A stretch of 64,000 bases of DNA. Source: Thermoleophilia bacterium (lineage in GTDB: Bacteria; Actinomycetota; Thermoleophilia; UBA2241). Shown one piece after another: positions 10,200 to 19,653 of the stretch. The position numbers and the translations under genes are program-made. The notes below the pieces were generated by a model, which was given only the letters and a program-made list of their open reading frames with translations, was not told the origin of the DNA and ran no database searches. Within the stretch, counting starts at the first letter, position 1; the number at the start of each line of letters is the position of its first letter. The stretch spans positions 541-64,540 of the forward strand of contig JADGPQ010000001.1 in the NCBI GenBank assembly GCA_017882325.1. Reading direction: 5' to 3'.

Positions 10200-11254
10200 G
10201 CGCGCAGGACTTCAGCGTCGCGCGCTCCACGCGCATGCACCGCTACGTGCTCATCATGGGAGTGCTCATCGTGGCCGCGCTCGCCAGCTTCCCGTTCTGG
10301 GCCCAGGTCAGCTTCCTACGTACCATGGTCACGTTCTTCACGCTGGTCGCGCTGGCCCAGATGTGGAACCTGCTCGGTGGGTACGCCGGCATGATCTCCG
10401 TCGGCCAGCAGGCATACCTCGGCCTCGGAGCGTACGGCCTCTGGCTCATGGGTGACGTCTTCCACATCCATCCGTTCGTGTCCGTGATCTTGGCCGGCGG
10501 TCTCGCGCTGCTTGTGGCGCTGCCGGTCGCGCCGCTGATCTTCCGCCTGCGCGGCGGCTACTTCGCCATCGGCACCTGGGTCGTGGCCGAGGTGGTCCGC
10601 CTCGTCGTGGCCAATATCCAGGCGACGGGCGGCGGGTCCGGCAAGACCGTCATCTCCGCCGCCCGCCTACCGATCGACACGCGCATCAACGGCACATACC
10701 TGCTCGCGCTGTTCGTCGCCGTGGGCTCGATCCTGCTGGTCTACTTCCTGCTGCGTTCGCGCCTCGGGCTCGCCCTCACGGCGATCCGCGACAACGAGCT
10801 GGCGGCGCAGAGCTCCGGCGTCAACATCTTCCGTTCGAAGCTGTACGTCTATCTCATCTCCGCGTTCGGTTGCGGCGTTGTGGGCGCGGTAGTCGCCATG
10901 AACCTCCTGCGCATCCAACCCGCCGCGGCATTCAGCATCAACTGGACGGCCTATGCTCTTTTCATCGTGGTGATCGGCGGGTTCGGCTCGATCGAAGGCC
11001 CGATCATCGGCGCGGTGATCTACTTCACCCTGCTGCAGAGTCTCAGCCAGTACGGTACGACGTACATGTTGCTGCTCGGCGTGATCGCCGTCGCCATGGC
11101 GACGAAGGCGCCTCGCGGCATCTGGGGCATCGTGACCAAGCGCTGGAACGTCCACCTGTTCCCGGTGCGCCGCCGGCTCGTCCTGGAAGAGCCGCCGGAG
11201 CCGCAGGGTACGACTGGCGCAGGCGCGGCCGGGCCGGTCGCCGAGGCGAGCTGA
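10196..11254 (+). CDS. livM: branched-chain amino acid ABC transporter permease (LivM-like)
   Basis: hydrophobic multi-TM protein, 4-nt overlap with livH-like gene. Confidence 0.8.
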   Translation: MSAQDFSVARSTRMHRYVLIMGVLIVAALASFPFWAQVSFLRTMVTFFTLVALAQMWNLLGGYAGMISVGQQAYLGLGAYGLWLMGDVFHIHPFVSVILAGGLALLVALPVAPLIFRLRGGYFAIGTWVVAEVVRLVVANIQATGGGSGKTVISAARLPIDTRINGTYLLALFVAVGSILLVYFLLRSRLGLALTAIRDNELAAQSSGVNIFRSKLYVYLISAFGCGVVGAVVAMNLLRIQPAAAFSINWTAYALFIVVIGGFGSIEGPIIGAVIYFTLLQSLSQYGTTYMLLLGVIAVAMATKAPRGIWGIVTKRWNVHLFPVRRRLVLEEPPEPQGTTGAGAAGPVAEAS

Positions 11255-11261
11255 GCGGTCC

Positions 11262-12101
11262 GTGCCGGACATGGCAGAAGAGGCTCCGCGATCCGGCGGC
11301 AACGGCGATGGTGCGACGGTGACCGAACCAGGCCGGGAGGCAGAGCAGGAGCAGCGAAGCGGCGTCCAGGTTCTCGCCAGGGCCGCGACGATCCTGCGGC
11401 TGCTCGCGGCTGATTCATCCGGCGGTCTCACCTTCAGCGAGCTGGTCGCACGCGCAGGCCTGCCACGCACGACGGTACATCGCATCCGGTACGCGCTGGA
11501 GGAAGAGGGATTCGTCTGCGCCGACGAGGCCACCGGCCGCCTTCACCTGGGGCCGGGTCTTCTCCAGCTGGCGGTGGCGAGCCGGCGCGACCTGCCGACG
11601 GTCGTGAGCCCGTACCTCGAGCGCCTGTCGAGGGAGCTCAACGAGACCGTCGACCTCGGCGTGCTCGACGGCATGCACGTGCTCTTCATCGCCCAGCATC
11701 CCGCGCCGCAGCGCTCGCTCATGGTAGTCTCTCGCGTCGGCGCCCGCTTCCCGGCCTTCTGCACGTCCAACGGCAAGGTCCTTCTGGCGCAGCTGCCCCC
11801 TGACGAGCTCAAGCGGCGTCTGCCCAAGAGGCTCGAGACGCCCTCTCAGCACACGCCGGTCTCGCGCGACGATCTGCTGCGCGAGCTCGAGGAAGTCCGC
11901 CGCACGGGCCTCGCCTTCGATCGGGAAGAGCATCACGCCGGCATCTGTGGGGCCGGCGTGGCCATCACCGACCTCGACGGAAGCGTGGCGGCGATCTCCG
12001 TGCCGATGCCCGCCGCCCGCTTCTACGCGGATGCGGATGCCATCTCCGCGACTCTCCTCCGCGTGCGCGACGAGATCCAGATCGCCCTGCAGGGTGCCTG
12101 A
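11262..12101 (+). CDS. IclR family transcriptional regulator
   Basis: VQVLARAATILRLLAA...LTFSELVARAGLPRTTVHRI HTH and IclR C-terminal domain. Confidence 0.8.
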   Translation: MPDMAEEAPRSGGNGDGATVTEPGREAEQEQRSGVQVLARAATILRLLAADSSGGLTFSELVARAGLPRTTVHRIRYALEEEGFVCADEATGRLHLGPGLLQLAVASRRDLPTVVSPYLERLSRELNETVDLGVLDGMHVLFIAQHPAPQRSLMVVSRVGARFPAFCTSNGKVLLAQLPPDELKRRLPKRLETPSQHTPVSRDDLLRELEEVRRTGLAFDREEHHAGICGAGVAITDLDGSVAAISVPMPAARFYADADAISATLLRVRDEIQIALQGA

Positions 12102-12117
12102 GCCAGGACGACCGCTG

Positions 12118-12669
12118 GTGGTCGCCGTTGTCGGCAGCCCCCGGCCGCACGGCAACACCGCGCTGCTCGTCGATGTCGCGCACGAGGAGCTGGGCCGTCG
12201 CGGCATCCGTGTCGACAAGATCGTGCTGAGCGAGCGCCGCATGGCCGGCTGTCTGGGCCACGACGACTGCGCCGACCGGCGCGCGTGCCCGCACGGCGAC
12301 GATGCCGCCGACATCCTCGACGCGGTGTATGCGGCCGACGGGCTGATCCTCGCGACGCCGGTGTACTACGAAAACGTCTCCGCGCAGATGAAAGCCTTCA
12401 TGGATCGCAACGTCTTTCGGTACGCGCACGACGAGTGGTTGCGGGCGAAGGTGGTGGGCCTCGTGGCGATCACTGCGGAGACGGGCCTGGACGAGACACT
12501 GGCGGCGCTGCGCCGCTACGTCGCGCTCTCCACCGACGGGGAGGTGCCGATCTTCAGCGTGAGAGGGTACGCCGACGCGGCGGGGTCCGCGGCGAAGCAG
12601 CCGGAGCTCCTCGCCGCCGCCCGTCGGCTTGCGAGCGATCTGGCCGCGGCGCTGCTGTCCGGCGCCTGA
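12118..12669 (+). CDS. flavodoxin-like fold NAD(P)H-dependent FMN reductase-type protein with Cys-rich insert
   Basis: VVAVVGSPRPHGNT...LILATPVYYENVSAQMKAFMDR typical NADPH-dependent FMN reductase/iron-sulfur flavoprotein-like; CxxxxxCxxxxxC cluster; start codon uncertain (GTG 12118). Confidence 0.6.
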   Translation: MVAVVGSPRPHGNTALLVDVAHEELGRRGIRVDKIVLSERRMAGCLGHDDCADRRACPHGDDAADILDAVYAADGLILATPVYYENVSAQMKAFMDRNVFRYAHDEWLRAKVVGLVAITAETGLDETLAALRRYVALSTDGEVPIFSVRGYADAAGSAAKQPELLAAARRLASDLAAALLSGA

Positions 12670-12676
12670 GGCTCGC

Positions 12677-13288
12677 CTAACGTGTCCGGATGACTCGCGC
12701 CTCGGTGACCACGGAGCCCACCGCGAGGTCGTGCGGTTCGCAGGGGAGCTCGTCCACGAGCTGGGCCTCGAACGCAAGCGCCACCCACGGGATGCCCGGA
12801 CGCGTGCGCGGCAGATAGGAATCGTAGAAGCCGCCGCCGTAGCCGCAGCGCCCTCCAGCGGCGTCGAACGCCGCACCCGGTACGACGACCACGTCCATAC
12901 GCTCCGGAGGCACCTCCTCGAGACCCTCGCGCGGCTCTGGGACGCCCCAGGCGCTGGGCACCAGGTCAGCCGCCGGGTCGGCTATCCGATACGCGGCCAT
13001 GTGACGGGGTCTCAGCACGCGCGGCAAGCAGACGGTCTTGCCCTGCTCGAGGGCCCACGACACGAGGGGCTCCGTGTCGACCTCGCTGCGGAACGCGGCG
13101 AAGAGCATGACGGTGCCGGCCTTGTCCAGCTCGGGGAGAGCGGCGGCGCGGGCGCAGACGGCGACGCTGAGCAGGGCGCGTTCCGCGCCCGGCAGGGCGT
13201 CGCGCGCCGCGAGCGCGCGCCGCCGGAACTCCACCTTGGCGCGGGGAATCGCCGGCCGGGATCCCGCATCGCCGCGTCCGTCGGCCAT
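12677..13288 (-). CDS. 5-formyltetrahydrofolate cyclo-ligase
   Basis: MTHFS family motifs (GGRCGYGGGFYD); ends with TAG. Confidence 0.8.
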   Translation of the reverse strand: MADGRGDAGSRPAIPRAKVEFRRRALAARDALPGAERALLSVAVCARAAALPELDKAGTVMLFAAFRSEVDTEPLVSWALEQGKTVCLPRVLRPRHMAAYRIADPAADLVPSAWGVPEPREGLEEVPPERMDVVVVPGAAFDAAGGRCGYGGGFYDSYLPRTRPGIPWVALAFEAQLVDELPCEPHDLAVGSVVTEARVIRTR

Positions 13289-13473
13289 CGATTCGCCCTC
13301 CTCGCGTGAACTGTCTTGACAACGCTTCGGGGGAGGTAACGCAGAGTGCGACCCCCCAGAAGCCTCTCCTTCCTCTATAGTATAAGTGCGCAGACGCCCG
13401 GCGGGCTTCCGGGTCGCGCGCTGAGACGAGAGGGGACCGCTGGCCCAGGGGCCGCGCGGGCGGGAGGACAGGC

Positions 13474-14643
13474 ATGACGCTTCGTTCCCAGGAAGAGATG
13501 ACTCTGGCGACGGTGTTCGCGCGCACCCTCGGCAACGTGATCGCGCTCACGACGGCCGAGGAGAAGCGTGCCTGGCCGACCCCTGCGCAGGTGTTCGAAC
13601 ACACCCCGGACGGCGCCGCAGCACCCGTGGCCCTGCTTCGCCTGCTGCAATTCTCCGTCCTGCCCGAGATCCTCGGGGCCAGCGCCGGCCCCGCCATCTA
13701 CCTGGCGAGCAAACGGTTCAGCGGCGAGCTCGGCATCCACTCCATCCAGGGCCTCAAAGACTGGTTCCGGCACATGAGCCTCGGAGACCTTGAGGTGGAG
13801 CTCGACGAAGAGCGGGTGCTGGTCAAGCTGGGTCATTGCCTGAGCTGCCAGCGGCTGCCGGCCGGCGGCACCCCCGTCTGCGACTTCGAACGGGGCCTCG
13901 TCGACGGCGTGCTGGAGGGCATCACCGGCAGGGAGGTCGTCACCAAGGAGACGCTCTGCTGGGGCCTCGGTGACACGGTGTGCCAGTTCGAGGGCTACAA
14001 CGGCGAGCACGCGGGCTATCTCTATCGCGAGAACGGGTTCCACCCCGACGCGCAGCGACGCCTGCTGACGCAGCTCGCGGACCAGTCCGAAGTGGCGCTG
14101 GACAACCTGCGCCTCATCAGCGAACGCCGCGAGCACGAGACGCACGATCCTCTCACCGGGCTCGTGAACTTCCGCCAGCTCCGCGAGCGCGCGGCCTTTG
14201 AGCTGGCGCGCGCCGGGCGTCACGGCCACACGGTGGCGTTCGCCATGCTCGACCTCGACGATTTCCGCGCGGTCAATGAAGAGGCCGGGCGCGAGGGCGG
14301 AGACGAGGTCCTGTGCCACTGGGCCGCCGCCCTCACCGCGCAGCTGCGGAACTGCGACCTGGTGTGCCGCTATGGCGCCGACGAGTTCCTGCTGGTGCTG
14401 CCGGAGACAGCCGAACAGCAGGCCGACGCGGCTCTGGAGCGCGTGCTGGGCACGATGCAGCAGCTGGCCGTCGAGACCGGCGGCCGCACGTTCGCGCTCA
14501 CTGCTTCGGCCGGCGTCGCGAGCTTCCCCGGCGATGGCCGGACGGTCGAAGATCTGGTCGCCAAGGCCGCCACCACCATGTACACGGCCCGGGCCGCAGG
14601 CGCGGGCCGTGTCGCCTTCTACTCTCGCCCGCCCCGGCGCTGA
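13474..14643 (+). CDS. diguanylate cyclase with N-terminal V4R (4-vinyl reductase) sensor domain; GGDEF variant GADEF
   Basis: C-terminal GGDEF domain (RYGADEFLLVL, preceding LTGLVNFRQL); N-terminal Cys-containing V4R-like domain (CLSCQRL...CDFERGLVDG). Confidence 0.75.
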   Translation: MTLRSQEEMTLATVFARTLGNVIALTTAEEKRAWPTPAQVFEHTPDGAAAPVALLRLLQFSVLPEILGASAGPAIYLASKRFSGELGIHSIQGLKDWFRHMSLGDLEVELDEERVLVKLGHCLSCQRLPAGGTPVCDFERGLVDGVLEGITGREVVTKETLCWGLGDTVCQFEGYNGEHAGYLYRENGFHPDAQRRLLTQLADQSEVALDNLRLISERREHETHDPLTGLVNFRQLRERAAFELARAGRHGHTVAFAMLDLDDFRAVNEEAGREGGDEVLCHWAAALTAQLRNCDLVCRYGADEFLLVLPETAEQQADAALERVLGTMQQLAVETGGRTFALTASAGVASFPGDGRTVEDLVAKAATTMYTARAAGAGRVAFYSRPPRR

Positions 14644-14654
14644 GCGTCGCCACG

Positions 14655-15119
14655 GTGGCGGCACGCGTCGAGATCCTCGCCGTGGGGTCGCTGCACCGCG
14701 ACCTCGAGCCCGCGGCGCACCACTTCATGGACCTTCTGCGACCGCACGCCACGGTCTCCGTGCGCGAGGTCAAGGAGGTGTCGCTGCGCGGTCGCAGCGA
14801 AGCCGAAGTGCTGCGTGAAGAGGGCCGTCGCCTGCTCGCGGCATGGCCGCAGGCGCCTGTCGTCGGCGCGCTCGCCGTGGACGGGCGCGTTGTCGACACT
14901 CAGGCATTCGCCGCATGGCTGCAGAGGGCGTTCGAGCGCGGCGGCGCGGGCTTCGTGATCGGCGGCTCGCTGGGACTCGCCGGCGACGTGCAGGGACGCG
15001 CCGCGGAGCGGCTCTCCCTCTCGGCGCTCACCTTGCCGCACCAGCTGGCGAGGGTCGTCCTGCTGGAGCAGCTCTTCCGCGCCGGCAAGATCCTGCGCGG
15101 CGAGCCGTACCACCACTGA
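14655..15119 (+). CDS. rlmH: 23S rRNA (pseudouridine1915-N3)-methyltransferase RlmH
   Basis: SPOUT RlmH family sequence (VEILAVGSL...FVIGGSLGL); start codon uncertain. Confidence 0.7.
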   Translation: MAARVEILAVGSLHRDLEPAAHHFMDLLRPHATVSVREVKEVSLRGRSEAEVLREEGRRLLAAWPQAPVVGALAVDGRVVDTQAFAAWLQRAFERGGAGFVIGGSLGLAGDVQGRAAERLSLSALTLPHQLARVVLLEQLFRAGKILRGEPYHH

Positions 15120-15228
15120 GCCCGCGGGCGGGTGCCGGGCGGCAATCGCACCGCCCGGCCGGGGCCGCTAGAATGGGCTTCCGCGCCGGCGCCCCCGTCG
15201 GCGCGCCCACTACGACGGGCGGTGAGCC

Positions 15229-16974
15229 ATGACCGACGACCTCTACGATCTGGACGGCCTCGCGACTTCGCTGGCTGCGACGCTGCGAGAGCTGCTCACC
15301 GAGGCCGGCGTGGCCGACGCTGACGTGCCGGCCGTCGAGCTGGCGCTGCCCGCCCGCCCCGAACACGGCGACCTCACCACCAACGCCGCCATGGTGAGCG
15401 CCAAGCGTGCCGGCCGCCCGCCGCGCGAGCTGGCCCAGGCACTTGGCGAGCGCTGGCAGGCCGGCCCGGGAGCCGCGCTCTGCGAGCGCGCCTCAGTGGC
15501 CGGCCCGGGCTTCCTCAACCTGTTCCTCAACGCGGCCTGGTACCGCGGCGCCGTGCAGCGCATGCGCGCCGCGGGCACCGACTTCGGACGCGGCGCGCTG
15601 CCCCTCGGCGAGCGCCTCAAGATGAACGTCGAGTTCGTGAGCGTGAACCCCACGGGCCCGCTCCACGTCGGGCACGCGCGGTACGCTTCGTACGGCGACG
15701 CGCTCTGCCGCATCTTCACGTTCGTCGGTCACGACGTCACCCGCGAGTTCTACGTGAACGACTACGGCACGCAGATGCTGCGCTTCGGGCAGTCGCTCGC
15801 GGCGCGCTACGGCGAGCGGCTCGGCCTGGACACGCCGGTACCGGAAGAGGGCTACCAGGGGGAGTACCTTCTGGGCCTCGCGGATGACCTCATCGCGGCG
15901 GTGGGCGACCGCTACCGCGCAGCCGTTGCCGCGGCCGCCCCCGATGTGACCGCGCTCGCCACCGACGCGCTCGCGGCGATCAAAGAATGGGGCCGCGACG
16001 CCATCCTGGCCCAGTTCCGCCTCACGCTCGAGCGCCTGCGCGTGCCGTTCGACGTGTGGGCGCAGGAGAGCTCGCTGTACGCCGGCGAAGTCGAGCATCG
16101 GAGCTTCGCCGGCGAGGTCGGCAAGACGCTTGCCGATCTGGACGGCGAAGCCCTCCTCTACGACGAGGGCGGCGCCGTTTGGCTCAAGACCACGCGGTAC
16201 GGCGACGACAAGGACCGCGTGCTCATCCGCTCCAGCGGCGATCCCACCTACTTCCTCAGCGACATCGCCTACCATCGCGACAAGATGGACCGCGGGTTCG
16301 CGCACATGATCGACGTCTGGGGAGCCGATCACCACGGCTACGTGCCGCGCATGAAGGCCGCCTTCACGGCCCTGCCGCCACACGATCCCGACCGCCTCGA
16401 GCTCATCATCGGGCAGCTCGTGAATCTCCTGGAGAGCGGCGAAGCCAAGCGCATGAGCAAGCGCAAGGGCGACATCGTGACGGTCGACGACCTCCTTGAC
16501 GCCATCGGCGTGGACGCCGCGCGCTTCCTGCTCGTCGGGCGTTCGCACGACACGACGCTCGAGCTCGACATCGACCTCGCGTGCGAGCAGTCGAACAAGA
16601 ACCCCGTCTACTACGTGCAGTACGCGCACGCGCGCATCTGCAGCATCCTCCGCAACCTCGAGGGCGTAGGGGAGGGGTCGGCCGACGAAGCCCTGCCGGC
16701 CGTCGCCGTGGACGGCCACGAGAGGTCACTGGTGCGCGCGCTGGCCAGGTACGCCGACGTGCTGCTCGCGGCCGCCGATCAGCGCGCACCGCACCGCGTG
16801 CACACCTATCTCGGGGAGCTGGCGGCGGAGTTCCACGTGTTCTATCGCCACTGCCGGGTGCTGAGCGACGACCCCGATACCACCAGGTTCCGGGCCGCGC
16901 TCTGCGGGGCCACCAGAGACACGCTGGCGAGCGGGCTGGCGCTCCTCGGGGTGAGCGCGCCGGAGGCGATGTAA
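15229..16974 (+). CDS. argS: arginine--tRNA ligase
   Basis: class I aaRS HIGH-type motif (PTGPLHVGHAR) and KMSK motif (MSKRKG); 581 aa. Confidence 0.95.
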   Translation: MTDDLYDLDGLATSLAATLRELLTEAGVADADVPAVELALPARPEHGDLTTNAAMVSAKRAGRPPRELAQALGERWQAGPGAALCERASVAGPGFLNLFLNAAWYRGAVQRMRAAGTDFGRGALPLGERLKMNVEFVSVNPTGPLHVGHARYASYGDALCRIFTFVGHDVTREFYVNDYGTQMLRFGQSLAARYGERLGLDTPVPEEGYQGEYLLGLADDLIAAVGDRYRAAVAAAAPDVTALATDALAAIKEWGRDAILAQFRLTLERLRVPFDVWAQESSLYAGEVEHRSFAGEVGKTLADLDGEALLYDEGGAVWLKTTRYGDDKDRVLIRSSGDPTYFLSDIAYHRDKMDRGFAHMIDVWGADHHGYVPRMKAAFTALPPHDPDRLELIIGQLVNLLESGEAKRMSKRKGDIVTVDDLLDAIGVDAARFLLVGRSHDTTLELDIDLACEQSNKNPVYYVQYAHARICSILRNLEGVGEGSADEALPAVAVDGHERSLVRALARYADVLLAAADQRAPHRVHTYLGELAAEFHVFYRHCRVLSDDPDTTRFRAALCGATRDTLASGLALLGVSAPEAM

Positions 16975-16980
16975 GGGGCT

Positions 16981-17403
16981 CTACGCGCCGAAGCGCTCGC
17001 GCGCCCAGACGCGGAGCTCTTCGGTCTGCTCCGGCGTGAGTTCCTTGTCGAGCTTGAGCAGCTGCGATACCGCGACGTTGTACTGCCCTGTCAAGAGGCG
17101 GTCGACGACGCTCTCGAGGACGGTCTGGGCTACCTCGCGTCCGGGGATCGCCGGCGTGTACACGTAGGCGATGCGCGTCCTGTCCTGGACGAGGAGATGC
17201 TTCTTGACGAGGTTGTTCATCACCGTCATCACGGTGGTGTAGGCGATCTGCCGGCGCTCGCGCAGCGTCTCGTAGACTTGCCGGACTGTGGTCTGATCGT
17301 GTTGCCAGACCACTGCCAGGATGTCGGCCTCCAGGGAGCCGATGCCGGTGAAGGGCGCTCCTTTCGTGCTGCGTAGCCAACTGGGCCGGCCGGATTCTTC
17401 CAT
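16981..17403 (-). CDS. BlaI/MecI/CopY family transcriptional repressor (orphan, no BlaR1/CopZ partner adjacent)
   Basis: winged-helix penicillinase-repressor family sequence (ADILAVVWQHDQTTVRQVYETL...AYTTVMTVMNNLVKKHLL); ends with TAG; longer start at 17451 possible. Confidence 0.75.
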   Translation of the reverse strand: MEESGRPSWLRSTKGAPFTGIGSLEADILAVVWQHDQTTVRQVYETLRERRQIAYTTVMTVMNNLVKKHLLVQDRTRIAYVYTPAIPGREVAQTVLESVVDRLLTGQYNVAVSQLLKLDKELTPEQTEELRVWARERFGA

Positions 17404-17445
17404 CACGACCCCTTTCGCCAGATAATCTCGGGATGTGTCCGCACT

Positions 17446-17476
17446 CTGCATGCAGTACGTATGTAGTGCTACGTAT
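17446..17476. promoter_or_regulatory. dyad-symmetric operator candidate in divergent blaI-like / M42 peptidase promoter region
   Basis: perfect 10-bp palindrome CTGCATGCAG followed by TACGTA-N8-TACGTA inverted repeat; TACGTATGTA resembles CopY/BlaI TACAnnTGTA box. Confidence 0.35.
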
Positions 17477-17546
17477 TCCCGCTGTCTCCAAACTCACGCC
17501 CCGCATATTGTAGAATCGTGCCTCAGTGCCTGAAGGAGGTGTGCCC

Positions 17547-18614
17547 GTGTCCGCCGACGCCGCACTGTTGAAGTCGCTGTGCCTCGCCCCGGGCCCGACG
17601 GGGTTCGAGGCGCCGGCCCAAGAAGTTGTACGCCGGCGCCTGGCGCCCCTCGGAGAGGTCCAGGTCGACCCGCTGGGCAACGTCTGGCTCGACGTCGGTC
17701 CCGCCGGCGACCAGCAGGTCGTCGTGACCGCGCACGCCGACCAGATCGGCCTGATCGTCACCTATGTTGACGATCACGGCTACGCTTCCGTCGAGAAGAT
17801 CGGCGGCGTCGCGCCCCTGCTCGTCCCCGGCCGCCATTTCGTGATCCATGGCGCCGGCGGCCCGGTGCACGCGGTCGGCGGCAAAAAGCCCACGCACCTC
17901 ATCCCCGCCGACGAGCGCGACAAGGCGCCGGCTCTCGCCGAGCAGTTCCTCGACATCGGCGCCTCGAGCCGGGAGGCTGCGCTCGAGCGCGTCGCGGTCG
18001 GCGACCCCATCACGTTCACGCCCGAGTTCATCGAACTGTCGCCAGGCGTCTTCGGTACCCAGGCGCTTGACGACCGCGCCGGTGTGTACTGCCTTGTGCG
18101 CGCCCTCGAGCTCTACGCCGCCGAGCCGGGCGCGGCGCGGCTCAGCGGCGTCTCCACCGTGCACGAAGAGACCACGTTCATGGGCGCCAAGGCGCAGGCG
18201 AAGCGGCTTACGCCGGCCGTCATGATCGTCGTCGACGCCGATTTCTGCAGCGACACACCCGCCGCCGACGCCAAGAAGCTCGCCGGCGAGGTCAAGCTCG
18301 GCGCCGGCCCGGTGCTCGGCCGCGGCGCCGGCAGCAACCAACGCCTCCTGGCGATCGCTCGCGAAGTAGCGGCTGCGGAAGGCATCCCGGTGCAGCTCAA
18401 GGCCGCTCCCGAGGCGATGTCCACCGATGCCGACGAGCTCATGGCGGCCGGCGCCGCCGCGACGCTCTCGCTGAGCCTCCCGGTCCGCTACATGCACTCT
18501 CCGCTCGAGGTCGCGCACGGCGACGATCTGGAGGCCGCGGCGCATCTCATCGCCGCCCTCGCGCGGCGGGTGGGCCAGGACGGCGCGCCCGAATCCTTCG
18601 TCCCACGCATCTGA
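17547..18614 (+). CDS. M42 family metallopeptidase (FrvX/YsdC-like aminopeptidase)
   Basis: M42 family sequence; GAAGGAGG RBS 7 nt upstream of GTG 17547 (alt GTG 17526); TAGAAT -10-like box at 17511-17516. Confidence 0.8.
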   Translation: MSADAALLKSLCLAPGPTGFEAPAQEVVRRRLAPLGEVQVDPLGNVWLDVGPAGDQQVVVTAHADQIGLIVTYVDDHGYASVEKIGGVAPLLVPGRHFVIHGAGGPVHAVGGKKPTHLIPADERDKAPALAEQFLDIGASSREAALERVAVGDPITFTPEFIELSPGVFGTQALDDRAGVYCLVRALELYAAEPGAARLSGVSTVHEETTFMGAKAQAKRLTPAVMIVVDADFCSDTPAADAKKLAGEVKLGAGPVLGRGAGSNQRLLAIAREVAAAEGIPVQLKAAPEAMSTDADELMAAGAAATLSLSLPVRYMHSPLEVAHGDDLEAAAHLIAALARRVGQDGAPESFVPRI

Positions 18615-18645
18615 GGCGGCCCGCCGCCACGTCCCCGGAGGCTCC

Positions 18646-19461
18646 TTGAAGCTGTTCATCGCCATCGATCTGGAAGGCATCACGGGCGTGGTGTCCGAAC
18701 GTGACACGGACCGTGAAGGACCAGCCGCGAAGGCCGCCCGCGAGCACATGCGCGCCGATCTCGACGCGGTGCTCGAGGGCTGTGTCGCGGCGGGCGCCGA
18801 CGAGGTCGTCGTCTGTGACGCGCACGCGGACGGCCGCAACCTTGACGTTGCCGACCTGCCCCCGCGCGCCGTCCTCGTAGGCGGCTCCCCGACACCGTAC
18901 AGCATGCTTCAAGGCATCGCACGCGGCTACGACGGCGCACTGTTCGTGGGCTATCACGCGCGCGCCGGCACCGCCGCGGCCGTTCTCGAGCACACTTGGA
19001 ACTACAAGGTCTTCGCCGCCACGCTCGGTGATCTGGAGGTCGGCGAGTTCGGCCTCGGCGCCCTGCTGGCCGGGCACTTCGGCGTGCCCGCCGTCTATCT
19101 CTCCGGCGACGACAAGGCCGCCGCCGAGGCCGAGGCGCTGGTGCCGGGCATCGTCACCACCGTTGTCAAGACCGGGATCACGCGGCTCGCCGCCGTCTTG
19201 CTCTCGCCGGACGACGCCCGCGTACGCATTCGCGACGACGTCGAGCGCGCACTGCGCGCCGACGACAAGCCGGCCCCGCTCGCCTGGAACGGCAAGGCCC
19301 TGCGGCTGACCTTCACGCGTGTCGAGTTCTGCGACGTCGCCGAAGGCTGCCCGGGCGTGCGGCGCCTGGACGGGCGCACTCTGGAGATCCCCGGGGTGGA
19401 CTTCGAAGAGGTCTACCGCGGCTTCCTCGCCTGCGTGCGGTTGTCCGAGCTCAAGGATTGA
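18646..19461 (+). CDS. M55 family D-aminopeptidase (DppA-like)
   Basis: MKLFIAIDLEGITGV N-terminus characteristic of DppA/M55; TTG start with GGAGG RBS. Confidence 0.8.
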   Translation: MKLFIAIDLEGITGVVSERDTDREGPAAKAAREHMRADLDAVLEGCVAAGADEVVVCDAHADGRNLDVADLPPRAVLVGGSPTPYSMLQGIARGYDGALFVGYHARAGTAAAVLEHTWNYKVFAATLGDLEVGEFGLGALLAGHFGVPAVYLSGDDKAAAEAEALVPGIVTTVVKTGITRLAAVLLSPDDARVRIRDDVERALRADDKPAPLAWNGKALRLTFTRVEFCDVAEGCPGVRRLDGRTLEIPGVDFEEVYRGFLACVRLSELKD

Positions 19462-19509
19462 CCGGCGCAGTTGCGGGGGCGCGGCCGGTGTGGTGAACTA
19501 CTGCTGCGG

Positions 19510-19585
19510 GCGGATGTAGTGTAGTTGGCAACACGTCAGCTTCCCAAGCTGAAGATCGCGGGTTCGACTCCCGTCATCCGCTCCA
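19510..19585 (+). tRNA. tRNA-Gly (anticodon CCC), CCA encoded
   Basis: manual cloverleaf: 7-bp acceptor GCGGATG/CATCCGC, D stem GTGT/ACAC, anticodon stem TCAGC/GCTGA with loop TTCCCAA, T arm GCGGG-TTCGACT-CCCGT, discriminator T, CCA. Confidence 0.85.
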
Positions 19586-19612
19586 AGTGTTTCCGGGGAT
19601 TCTGTGGGAATC

Positions 19613-19637
19613 GCGGCCCGCTCTTCGGGGCCGTTTT
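19613..19637 (+). terminator. rho-independent terminator-like hairpin plus TTTT after tRNA-Gly
   Basis: GGCCCG-loop-CGGGGCC stem followed by TTTTCGTT. Confidence 0.5.
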
Positions 19638-19653
19638 CGTTCGATGCGACCCT

